DNA of 64,000 nucleotides from Chrysemys picta bellii (taxonomy: Eukaryota), in assembly GCF_011386835.1 (NCBI RefSeq), contig NC_088792.1, positions 30,194,001 to 30,258,000 on the forward strand. Direction: 5' to 3'. Positions 12,055-23,792 of this stretch are shown piece by piece. The translations under genes were made by a program, and so were the position numbers. Within the stretch, counting starts at the first letter, position 1; every line of letters starts with the position of its first letter. The notes below the pieces were generated by a model. That model worked only from the letters and a program-made list of their open reading frames with translations, ran no database searches and was not told where the DNA came from.

Positions 12055-14049
12055 TGCTGGATCTCATTCTCACCAATGTGATCAGAGACTTGCTGATACT
12101 CCCTTTGGCTTCATTTGGCTGGAATGGTCTCCTCACTCCAGAAAGTAAGATCTTGATAATTCCTTTTGGGCAAAGTGTATTGTCTGTTTTTCCATAATAG
12201 AGATGGGGGCTGATGATCAGGTCAGAGCTATCTGGACAATAGTGTATTTATAAACCTACTTTCAGCTTCCAGGTGACATAGTCAGGTAAGATTTCTGACT
12301 TAAGTACAGGGAATAAATAGAGTCCCAGGAGTCATAAACAGTGGTACCTACAGAATATGTATCCATACTAATTATGGAGAGGAGAAGAACTAGATGTACC
12401 AGTTACAGTGGTATAGTGAGAGGTGCACGTCTACACAACAAAATAACCATGTGCCCAATGACTTGCAGGAAGTCATGAGTGTGCCAGAGTAGGCCTCTAG
12501 CAAGAGTTGTGCAAGCCTAGGGTTCACCGGTGGTTATCCACTTATTAACCACATGCTGTGGTGGCATGGTAACTGGGTTAAGGGCCTTTATTTCTGTGAA
12601 ATATCATCTCAAATTACCATAAAATCAAGAGATGATAGGTAGTCTAGTGTCAATGGATCAGCTTGTTAGTGGAAAGTTCTTGGTACAGTTATATGAAGTT
12701 CTGTGGCTAATAATGTTGTCATTTAAGCGGTCATCATTAGCCTTTGAAGTTAATGCCCCACAGATGTACATTGAAAGAGTTCACACCTTTCCCCATGCCA
12801 TGGTTTCAGATTGTCTGCCGCCTCAGAAATACAGCAGTGCATCAGTTGACATTTTCAAGCCCATCTTTACAACCAAATTGGCTTAAAAACGTCTTGTGTT
12901 TTTAATATAAAAGTTCAATTCTTTTTAACGCAGAAAAGTTAGTCAGTGTTTGCAAAATGCCTTGAAGATGAAAAGGATTATATAAATGCTAAGCATTATT
13001 TTTATTATTGTTGTTAAATCCATTAGAAATCTGTAGGCAGGCCCTAAATCCTCAGAATTAACTGATTTAAAATGCCAGACACAGGCATTTTTATTGTCCC
13101 ATGTCATAAGTAAATTACATTCAGCAGTTGTCAGTCTACTATCTTTTGGATGTATATCCACATCACAGAAGTGCTGCGTGATGGTCCGTCTCTTCTCCTA
13201 AGGCAGGATTTAAATAGCGGGAGTGAGAAACACTGGTGGGGATGAAACAATGTCAGAGACTGCTTGGCTCTAACCCCTGCTGCACTGTATGTTTTCATTA
13301 ATGTATACATGCACATACATATTTCAATCCCTTCCAAAATGTTGTAAACTCTAAATTTGCCATACGTATATTTATTTAATGAAATGCATAGAAATCAGGT
13401 GAGTGGAGAGCTCCTATACCAAGCAAGAAACCAAAAAGGTTTTAAAAAATTTTAAAAGCCTGTTGACGCATTAACTTCTAGAGCTGGTTATTTAGCCCCA
13501 CATGCATAAAGACATTTCAGAGTTCAGAGTGGTTTAAATCATAGACATTATAGCACAAAGCGTCCTTTGGGGCAATAGCCAGCATTCTTCATGAAAATGT
13601 GTTTAAATATTTCGTTCTTGTCATAGGATTCCTTTAGATTTGCAGACACAAAATAATGTTAAAACATATTGTGTCCCAAAGAAGACTGTAAGCCAAAACA
13701 GTATTTTAAAAATTATTTTTAAAATGTGTTATTTAAACAAGACTGGATACATTTTTAACATCTGAAAGTGATAGCAGTGTGTATAGTAGGCCTGTTTTTC
13801 TTTTTGTTCAATCTTAAAGCACAGAAAAGTAATTTAAAAAACATTTTGTGGGTCAGTAGAAAGGAGCCTCCCAAAACTTTAACCTTAGAATTATGCTGTG
13901 TGTTAAACATTACTGATTGTAAATGGCAATTGAATACTTGGGGTATAATTCACAGTAAAACTGCTGCTTCAATTTATATGGTATTCAGGCTTGAATCTAA
14001 TTTTTAACTCTGTGTATTATAAGATGCAAAAGAGAACAACTTTTATCCC

Positions 14050-14155
14050 AAAGAGAGCAGGACAAGAGGCAGTGGGTTCAAGCTACAGCATAGCATATTT
14101 AGATTAAATTTAGGACCTTGCGGACCCTACTAATCCTATGATTCTATAATTCTAT
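14050..14155 (+). mobile_element. CR1 3' fragment with internal deletion
   Basis: gcaggacaagaggcagtgggttcaagctacagc (the RTRGNGxKL region), then cctatgattctataattctat tail. Confidence 0.7.
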
Positions 14156-15813
14156 ATATGAATAATAGGATATGTGTTACTAATTAATTATAGGTAATAT
14201 TCTACAAACTAGTCTGGATACTACCGTAATTATTGGCATAACACCTTACTTTAACAATCCTCAGCCATAGGAGAAGGGATAAACACTGTGTGTTGAACCA
14301 TATGCAGCTATGTGAACTATGATACTGCATTGCTGCAAAAACATGAATGGCCCATGACCATATGAATGGCAGACTGAACAGATGAATGACAGACTATCAT
14401 TAAGAATAGATGAAACTTTGCAAAGTACATTTTGCCAGGATATTCATGGACAAACCATGGCTAAATTCACCAGAATGGCAATGTGATTTTCATTGTAACA
14501 TTAGGGATGATCTCACCAGTTGGGTAGGAATGATTCATTATCATCACATGTAAAAATCATATCAGGCATAGTTTGGACTGACCAATACACATTTTAGTTC
14601 ATGCCATTTATAGTTAAATTGTCCATTTTCATGCACTAAAAGGTTGGCTGCCTGCAATATTCGAAATATTTGTTCAGTCAAGGCAATATCAACTAAAGCT
14701 TCTAGGATGTGATTAAACGATGGCTCTTGAAACTGCAAATAAAATGCCAGAACCTACCAGTACCTGACCTCCCTTATTTATTTTTCTGTTCAGATAGCAG
14801 TAATATCAACAGATGGTACAGAAGCCCCCAAAATACAATTAACATAGAACTTCAAAATAGAAATGAAATCTTCAGCTAAAGCAGGTCATTTTCAGGCTTT
14901 GGTCCCTTGTGTTTATACCTTGTGTATTATAGATAGAACCCAGTATAGTTAAGGTTACAAACAATTTGAATCACAACCACCTATTCTTTGAATTATGGAA
15001 CAGTGAAAAATATGTATTTTCCCCACTGTGTCACAAGTTGTCATCACAGTATTTTAACAGGCATACAGCAAAAACAGTGGAAGTTTGAAACTCGTTTTGG
15101 GCATAATTCTCGAGGAGAACTAGTTCCTTTGCTTATTTGAAAAATATGTTTAATCTGAGAAAAATTAGGAGCATTTGAAAAGAGGAAATTGAATCATTTC
15201 AGTAAAAAGTGCCCTTAACTCTCTGGGTGTCCTTTGAGAGATGTATTGGAAGCTGATTGCCTCTAGATTTTCTGTTTTCCTTAAAATCAAATGGGAAAAA
15301 AACCCTAATATTAATACAAACATTACATTTCAAAATAAAACTTTCAAAAAATGAATGAATTACAAAAGTTAACTTGCTCTGGTAATGTTCACTTGATCAT
15401 GTTGCACTTTATGTGTATTTTCTGTTTTTTCTTAACTGAAAATCACAACCTATTGCTTTTGATTTGTATGCCATAAAATCTATTGGAGTCCAGATTCACT
15501 CCAAAGTGAATTTGAGTGTAGAGTCTTATCGCAATATCTAGTGCTGGAAAGACCACTTGAAAGAACAGACTGAGCCTGCACAAACTTTCCATGACAACGT
15601 TAGGATAGGTGAGTGGATTGTAAGCAGGTGACTCCTACCTAAAAGAGTGGATAGCCCTGGCTGGGAAGAGAGGTATGGGCAGGCACTTATTTTGTGTGAG
15701 GAATCGGTGCTTTCACCAAACATCTATGGAGTTAAACAGTAATGAAACCTGTCCCTCCCCACCCTTGGCATATATAATTCCCACCTTTAGTTAATTCAGA
15801 TGAACTTTTCTGA

Positions 15814-16100
15814 GGGCTTGTCTACATGACCCCCCAGTTCGGACTGCAGGAAAGTGAACTGCAGAATGCACTAGCATGCTACGCTGTAACTCCCCCATGT
15901 GGACGCTACAAATGCAAACTAGAAGGTACCTAGTTTGGGTTAATGTATTCCTGTTTAAACAGAGCTACATTAACATGAACCTAGATATCTTTTAGTTCAC
16001 ACCCACAGCATCCACACAGGGGAGTTACAGCGCAGCACATTAGCACCCACTGCAATTCACACCCCTGTAGTCCGAACTGCGGGGCCATATAGACATAGCC
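15814..16100. mobile_element. Foldback MITE, PIF/Harbinger-like (287 bp, palindromic along its whole length)
   Basis: TIRs gggcttgtctacatgacccc / ggggccatatagacatagcc. Inner arms pair (cagttcggactgcagg / cctgtagtccgaactg; gctgtaactcccc / ggggagttacagc). Centre ctgtttaaacag. Flanked by TGA on both sides (3-bp TSD). Confidence 0.8.
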
Positions 16101-16240
16101 TGAGTTGTCCCCATGTAGACCAGCCCATAGACTGAAATTGAAAACACTTGAACATACAGGATGTGCCTGTAATATTATCCTAATGTGCCTGCTAGTTAGC
16201 GAGGAAAACACCTTGAGTTGAAAGAAGTATATTATTGTGA

Positions 16241-16564
<324 letters not shown>

Positions 16565-17012
16565 TAGGCTCCAGACATCAGTCAATACTATGTTTCAAAA
16601 TTCAGCTTCATAATGTTTTTGCCATAGGAGTACTGTTCATCAATTTTAAAGCCAGAGCTGCATTTTATTAATGGCTTTTAAAAAGCCTTTATGTAGAAAA
16701 ATATTGAATTAACACAAATCAAGTCATAATGGAACGAGAAGCACAAGCTTTTGTAATGATTCTAACATTTCATCTCATTCTTTAAATGGTTTTGGACCCA
16801 AGATTCACTCTTTAGTATAATTCAAATTACAGTCAAACTTGTAACAGCCTCTGGTTTAATTATCCGAGGTCTTGCTAATGTGATTGGGGGACAATGACAG
16901 TTCTGAATTCTGTTTGGAGCAATTATTTGAGCTGTGCAAAACTCTTATAATGAAACCAAAAGCCTGGCAAAGCTTACCTGGATTCTGATTTTATTGCAAA
17001 TCTGAACCTCCG

Positions 17013-17360
17013 CCCAGCTGTGTGAACTTTTTGAGAAAACCTAGGCCATGTAAGTGAACTAGGGCTGGCTTTGGGCCAACTTCCTTACCATGGACTCTGG
17101 TGGGGAGAAATGTGTGTGTGTCTGTTTAGTAGTCGTGGGTGGAGCTGTTTGTTTGTTTTTGGTTGCCAAACTAAGCTATATATGTCAGTTTTGCATTGCT
17201 TCATTCCAAAATCAGGTACAACTCTACTCTGTTTGGGCTGAGACTTGAATTCACCTGAAAATTTGCAGCAAAAATTGGGACGCCAAATTCCACAATCAAG
17301 AACTGTCAAAAATTGTCTAAACTTCTGTAGACCAAATGTGGCAAAGTTCACACAGCTCTA
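17013..17360. mobile_element. TIR-bounded non-autonomous DNA element
   Basis: cagctgtgtgaacttt (about 17015) is inverted to aaagttcacacagctcta (17343-17360). No clear TSD. Confidence 0.5.
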
Positions 17361-19084
17361 TTTATTAAATAACTAAGAAACGCCTCTTTTGTTTCATATT
17401 CCTAGCGTGGTAGCTTTGCATTTTCTAAATTTTGCAAAAAAAATAATTTTAAATTCCTAATACAGAAGACATTAGTAATTCAAAAGAATATATACATTCA
17501 TCGCAGATACATTTTAGCTCAAAGATCAATGCTGCTGCACTTACAATAACCCAATGAAACCATTTCTCAGGGTTGCAGTATTTGAGGTCTGTAACCTACA
17601 TCAGAATACGACTTTAAATTCGCATATTTCACTTAAAACCAACAGACATTAAATTCCCATGGTGCTAGTGATGATGTAGCATTTGACCTCAAGGGGATGT
17701 AGCTGTCACCTATAGTTTAGCTGATTGTTTAGAGCTATTTTGAATAGACGGATGGAAACTGTTATGGGTAACCCTCAGCTGGACCGAGTGGGAAATATTT
17801 TTTAAAAGGGGCCTTCATCATGGCAGAAATATGTACATTATAACAGAAAAATACGCCATCAGATATTGAGAACTAATGAAATTTCAGGTGGACTTTGCCA
17901 AACATTTTTACTAACATTCAGTAACATATGGCTGCCTTTCCTTTTTTGATCACTCTGGTTTTCTAAATTGCTTAGCAAATACGCATGGTATAGGGCCTAT
18001 TTTGTGCATAAAATAAAATTGTGTATAATAAATACAGTCTGAATATACAACTTTTTTTTCCCCCTAAACAAAGACTGTTTCACCTTTAGGCTTGGAGTTT
18101 TACATACCTTCTTCCTTTTTACTTATCCCTGTATTGACCAATGGCAATATAATTAGGTGCCAGAAATCACATCACTTTTAGTGACCTTGAAAATCAAGGT
18201 AGTCTGGCTGGATAGTGTGGTTGCCACACTGACTTTTACAACTGTTTTTGTTAGACCAAAGGCACTGTTTCATGCCTGAGTTGAATAGTATCAACGTCAT
18301 ATGAAGAAAAAGAGTTATCTTTGATGAAAACCTGACAGGGAGAAAAGTAAGACCTGCCTGACCTAGCTAACTATGTGGGATCGCTGATGAAAGATCAAGG
18401 ACAGTGAGAGAGAGCAAAAGTGAAGTTATGGCTGGGATATTGGACTGTGGTGATAATCAAGAAAGCAGAATTGAAGAGCACACTAGTCTCTTGTTTGCAC
18501 CTTCAAGCGGTTAGTTATTGAAGTAAGGAGGACTTCACTAAGGATTATTGGATCATGCCACAAGAAAAGGAGAGACCCAGTACACCCATCAAAATTGAGA
18601 AAAAGCAACTCAAAAGCTAGAGTTGGAGCAGAAACAGCCATCTGGACAAATGACTTCGTGAAAACAGGGCAGTGAGGAAGCAAGATTGACTCAAGACAAG
18701 GGAGACAGGAAACCTAGCAAGAATGAAACTTGGAAAAAATTGAACAGTTGAAATGAAAAGGGAATCATATTTGTAAAGTGCCCATCACAATAGTTAGTAT
18801 CTGGGCTCTATGATACAGACTTGTCTAGTATATGGAATACTCTCCAGCAGGATCCTAGCTCTCCGCTCTCTCCTCCCACTTCTTAATAGAAATCAAACTC
18901 CAAATGGTGTTGGAAAGTACCTTCATTAAAATATGGGTATTGCAGCAAGTCTGAGAGGCTCACGCTCAGTTTAATCTCCTATCAAAAGCTTAATCTGTGG
19001 CTATGGGTCCTAGCTGAGAGAGCTTGGCATCTGACTCTTGCAAGAGCTTCGTCTCTGACAGATGAAAACCTTGTTTGAATGCAG

Positions 19085-19680
19085 CTGCTGCTCTTGGACA
19101 CAGAGGTGAGAGCCAGTCTTTGAGATTACCGGGGTGGGTCCCAGTCTGCTTAGGACTTTGTGAATGAAGATCAGGATCTTGAATTGATTTAATATTCAGC
19201 TGTATTGGAACCAGTGGAGGCCTGGGACATGATAGAGCTGCTTCAGACTCCTGGATGTCCTGCCTCTAACAAAGGGGAATTGAGGCATCCACCAAGATAG
19301 TATGGGGCATTATTCTGGGCCCCATATGAAGATCTTGATAATCTTACTAAAATCCTTTAAAATAGGATGGTGAGATGACGGGTAGTCTCCTCAAAATGTA
19401 CAAAAATCTAGATAAGACATTCATCTTAACTGTGTTAATTTTCCCACAGAGGCTCAGAGAAAGCTCTTGCCAAGAACTAGAGTCTTCGGCTAGTTGTAGT
19501 CTGGAGAAGGGTGTGATATGTTCGTAATCATGCATTGTGTGTGCGTATCTTCTTTAGCAAGTGGGTCGCTGCCTGCTTCACCATCTTTATCTTCTTGATG
19601 GCCTTTATGGTATCTCCAGGGAGATCATGTTACAGTAGTCTGGCCTGGAAATATTGAAATTCTGATTCACCCGTAGGTCA
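19085..19680 (-). mobile_element. Old L2 LINE ORF2 fragment, interrupted
   Basis: Minus-strand peptides ISRPDYCNMI (19653-19624), YEHITP, LHWFQ (19219-19205) and QFKILIFIHKVL; these are typical L2 ISRLDYCN...EHITP...LHWLP...QFKIL motifs. Confidence 0.7.
19350..19490 (-). mobile_element. L1/Tx1-clade ORF2 fragment lying within the L2
   Basis: WQELSLSLCGKINTVKMNVLSRFLYILRRLPV matches the post-RT L1/Tx1 motif W..L.LSL.GRIN.VKMN.LP.FLY. Confidence 0.65.
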
Positions 19681-19749
19681 TTATCCAAAAAAGGGCAGTG
19701 TCTCTGGCCAGCTATTTATAAAAGACATTCTTTGACACTTAGGTTGTGC

Positions 19750-20060
19750 ATTACCTTGACATGTGCCTCAGCACTGTATCAACCTACTAGCTTCTTGTCA
19801 CCATCTTCCAAGCCCTGAATAACTTTGCCCCTGTAACTCATCTGCCCTCATCTTGTTTCTGATTGCTCCCACTGCCTTCTCTTCACCAGTGATGCCAGTC
19901 TCATCTGCTTTTTGTCATTTCCCCACACAAATATCTCCATGCCTTTTTCTATGCCATCTCCTATGTATTGACTGCCCCTTCCTAAGCTTGTTTACAAGGC
20001 CTATAACCTCTCAGCCATCAAGTTTATCCTGATAAGCCACCTCTCATGATGCCCACAGGG
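19750..20060 (+). mobile_element. Old L2 3' fragment
   Basis: cttcttgtcaccatcttccaagccctgaataactttgcccct...ccatgcctttttctatgccatctcctatgtattgactgccccttcc resembles the L2 3' region. Confidence 0.5.
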
Positions 20061-21183
20061 AATTTGATGACTCATAATGGCTAATTTGAGAAGTAATTGG
20101 GAATAGTATTTACATCCTAAACATGTTGTTTGTATTAGTGTTGACATAAACTTGTATCACAATGATGTGACTAATCACCATTTTGATTATAAGTTGTACC
20201 CATTTGCCCTACCCCATCTCTTTAAATATGTAAGTTCTCCTAAATAGAGACAATCTTTTCCTTTCTCTTTGGAAAGCGGCTAGCGGCCATTGTAGATGTT
20301 AACAGAAATTAATAAAAATAGTATTTCCTCAGTAGATCATCTGGCGGATTGCCATTACACGGTTCTAACAGCATCCCTGTCTGAAATGTTCAGTTTATAT
20401 TAAAAGTGGGGTAGTTTAGTTGGAACATTTTATTTTTATACAGGTTTGTGTTTAGTGCCAAACAAAATTTGACATTTAAATATGTTTGAAAGGTTATTTG
20501 AATTTTCCTGTGAAGAAACCTGTAAACAAAACGTCTCCAGAATAGCTTGCATACTGTTGTTCAGAACTTATGTCAAATCTTTCCTTAACTTACAACAGAA
20601 CTATTGTGTTTAATTGTGAGGCTATGGTCAGGGTTTGTTTTTCTGTAATATCCTGAGACGACTTTTATTTTCATCAAGACTAGCCATCAAGTTGCGTAAC
20701 CTTAACCATCATGCTATCTGAATGATAACAAGCAGTAGATAAAGCGTATAAACATACAGCTGCTCATTATGATCTTGTGAAAGCAGGTTTCTGTGTTAAG
20801 TGTAAGAATGCTATAGCAATAGCATCTCTGGGATATGAATGCGGTGTTGTCCTTGTAAACTGTCAGACAAAAACTGTCCCAGCACTTCTTTTGCATCGTA
20901 ATATATCTAATCAGCATGCTTCTAAAAATCCATTTTTTCCCTGCTGAGTGGGGGGTGCTCAGATTTTTTTTAATGTCATGAGAACTGTTACGATGTTTGA
21001 CAAATTTCTGCAATACATTGAAAAGACAAAAAAAAATTGTTCCTGAAAGCATCTATCCACACCTTTCCCAAAATGTAAATAAAAATGATGTCTATAATGC
21101 CAAAGTAAATCAAAAGAGAGAGAGGTGTTTGCTAACTAACTGGGGATATAGATAATATTGTGGTCAATTCTCATACAAAAGTT

Positions 21184-21326
21184 AGAACATAAGAACGGCC
21201 ATACTGGGTCAGACCAAATTTCCATTTAGTCCAGTATCCTGTCTTCCAACAGTGGCCAATGCCAGGTGCCCCAGAGGGAATGAACAGAACAGGTAATCAT
21301 CAAGTGATCCATCCCCTGTCACCCAT
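21184..21326 (-). mobile_element. CR1 3' fragment of a different subfamily (TTCTTATG-type tail)
   Basis: agaacataagaacggccatactgggtcagaccaa...tccatttagtccagtatcctgtcttccaacagtggccaatgccagg. Confidence 0.8.
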
Positions 21327-21437
21327 TGCCTAACTGCAACTTCAATCGTGCCAGTTTTCACTACAAGAATTCTGTATAATAGAATTTATGAGCACCTTCT
21401 CTAGGACCTTTTCCTTAGTAAATTTCTGTATGGGATT

Positions 21438-21576
21438 CATAGGGGCTGGAATTAGGGGCTCTGAGGATGCTGCCACACCCCCTGTCTTGAAGTGGTTTCC
21501 ATCAAATACAGGGTTTACAGTTTGGTTCAATAGCTCTCAGCACCCGCACTATACAAATTGTTCCAGCATCCCAATG
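21438..21576. mobile_element. hAT-type MITE, copy 1 (same family as 57134-57286)
   Basis: TIRs cataggggctggaa / ttccagcatcccaatg. The interior (tttccatca..tacag..tttacagtttggttca) is shared with copy 2. Possible 8-bp TSD atgggatt / atggggtt; the right boundary is uncertain by about 3 nt. Confidence 0.7.
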
Positions 21577-23342
21577 GGGTTTCAGATTGCTTCAGAAATA
21601 CTTCTGTATGCAGAATTTAACTGAGGTTAGAGGAAAATAAATCAGTGATGGGTACTATAAGATGGTTCTTTTAGAAAGAAGGGTACGATCAAGCAAGTCA
21701 TATATATAGTTTGACATTGTGACGTTCTTCATTTTGAGCTTTTATGAAATCCTTGCAGATTTCAAGCCTGCAGTAATGTAGGTAGATAACAAGCCTCAGT
21801 GATTTTCAAAACCCATTTTAAATCTTAATAATTCTAGTCATATCAAATTGTCTTCTGTAGCACTAAATATGTTTTCCAAATAAATCGCTAGGAGTTACAG
21901 TAGGTGACTTTTCTTAACAGAGGAGGAACTTATATGTTCCGAGAATGAAGAATATTGAAACTAACAAAAACCAGGCAGTTTAAGGGGTTGGTTATCAGTT
22001 CAGCTCCAAGTATATTAGTTGTCTTAGCTATATTAGTTCCATTCTGTGTTCTAATGATTTGCACAGACAGTTTGTGCTGCTAAGATTTTGTTTAAATGTA
22101 TCATCTCTTCACTTTAGAAAAAGAAAGAAATGTGATGGAGTTCATGAGGCATGTTTATTTTACACGACTGGACCGAAAGGGTGTCTTGGGAATTGCATTC
22201 CTGTAGATATGGCTTTTAGTTTAGCTGAGAAATGTGTGCTAGTATGTTTTACATCATGCAGAAGAACACATGGACTGCTGATCAATAATATTTTTCATGT
22301 AGATGACGATGCTATACAATCGAGTTTTTATAGCTATCACCTAACATCCATAGTTGGAGAGTCCATAGAAAGACAGATCCTAATGGGCATTTACTGGCTG
22401 TCGCCATGTAATCATTTCCCACCAAGAGTGCATTGTCCTCAAATATAATTGAAATAAAATAGGCACTGTGCTGCTGCAAATCTAAATAGCTTGAAAATAG
22501 TAGGCTAGACTCCCCCAACTCAGTGAGGACACTTTAATGGAAACATAAATACCATAATCATATGCTTTTTGCATTCATTTGACCATTAAAAAGAAAAATT
22601 CCCATTTTAGAAGAAGAGACCTCTATGAACTGGTTTCTTTTCCATCAAAACTGGAATCAAGTTATGTCAAAGAAATATTTGGGGACTGAAAAAAAAAAAA
22701 CCCACCAAAAAGAGAAACAGTTGCCTCAGCTATCATCTGTTTAGTGCTAAAAGGCAACTGCTGTTTTAAAAATTTAAGGTCACACCACATATTTTCATTT
22801 GCTGCTCTTACAGATGAGAGGGAGCATTTTATTTAGATGTTAACTATTTGTTCAGTAGTGTTCTGCTTAACTTGAGGTGGGAATAATGAATTCTTCAGAG
22901 TAGCAAGACACATGGTAATATAATTTCAAAATATATCAAAAAGAGTAGAATAAACATACTCATTCTTTCTGGACTATGTGAAATAATTCTCTGTAATAGC
23001 CCAGTAGGTCACAAAAGCTATGAAATATTATATAGTAATGCCAGGATAAATATTGGTTAAAAAAACCAAGACACCCATACTGTTATATTAAACTTCTCCT
23101 TTATTAGTAATGTCAGTCATAGGAATTTTCTTTAAAGTCTGAGGTATCATTCACACACATAAATCTAAGCTTACTGCCATACCCATAATAGATGAAGATA
23201 TGAGTTATGACACATCCTGTAAGTGCCAAGATTTTCTCTTCCACAAAAGGAGTTATGACAGTTCTTTCATTTGCTCTGAGGTGCTAGTATAGGAGCATTG
23301 CAATGAAATGAACGACTAAGGTAATATAAACCACCTAACCAA

Positions 23343-23418
23343 TGACATTTTAAACTGTTAACTACCTGGGTTGAATAAGGCTATAAGTAGCTCCGACCCC
23401 ACCCAACCTTTGTTTATT
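23343..23418 (+). repeat. 76-bp direct repeat, left copy (target-site duplication of the CR1)
   Basis: TGACATTTTAAACTGTTAACTACCTGGGTTGAATAAGGCTATAAGTAGCTCCGACCCCACCCAACCTTTGTTTATT, identical to 28035-28110. Confidence 0.97.
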
Positions 23419-23477
23419 ACTCATAGACTCATAGACTTTAAGGTCAGAAGGGACCATTATGATCATCTGGTCTGACC
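23419..23477 (-). promoter_or_regulatory. CR1 3' RT-recognition stem-loop and octamer tail
   Basis: Minus strand GGTCAGA-CCA-GATGATCATAA-TGG-TCCCT-TCTGACC-TTAAA-GTCTATGA-GTCTATGA-GT. The 7-bp GGTCAGA/TCTGACC arms are at 23471-23477 and 23442-23448. Confidence 0.85.
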
Positions 23478-23792
23478 CCCTGCATGCTGCAGGCCATAAA
23501 ACCGTCCCTACCCCTTCCCTGGACTCTGCTGTTGAAGTCTCCAATCCTGTTTTTAGTGACTGCAATCGGCAGAGACCCTCCTGCTAGAGATCCCTGCCCC
23601 ATGCTGCGGAGGAAGGCGAAAAACCTCCAGAGGCTCAGCCAATCTGCCCTGGAGGAAAATTCCTTCCCGACCCCAAATGTGGCGATCAGTAAGACCCCGA
23701 GCATATAGGCAAGAGTCTCCAGCCCGACCCCGTTAGCCATTATACTATTTACCCACCATTGCTTGGCTTTCCTTGACTACTATGTTTTACCA

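Noticed and set aside
14580-14720. Minus-strand peptide SFNHILEALVDIAL resembling a hAT transposase helix
   Set aside because: A single weak motif with no supporting colinear motifs or TIRs.
22059-22448. 129-aa plus-strand ORF
   Set aside because: Non-ATG start, no recognisable domain, and no convincing splice signals.
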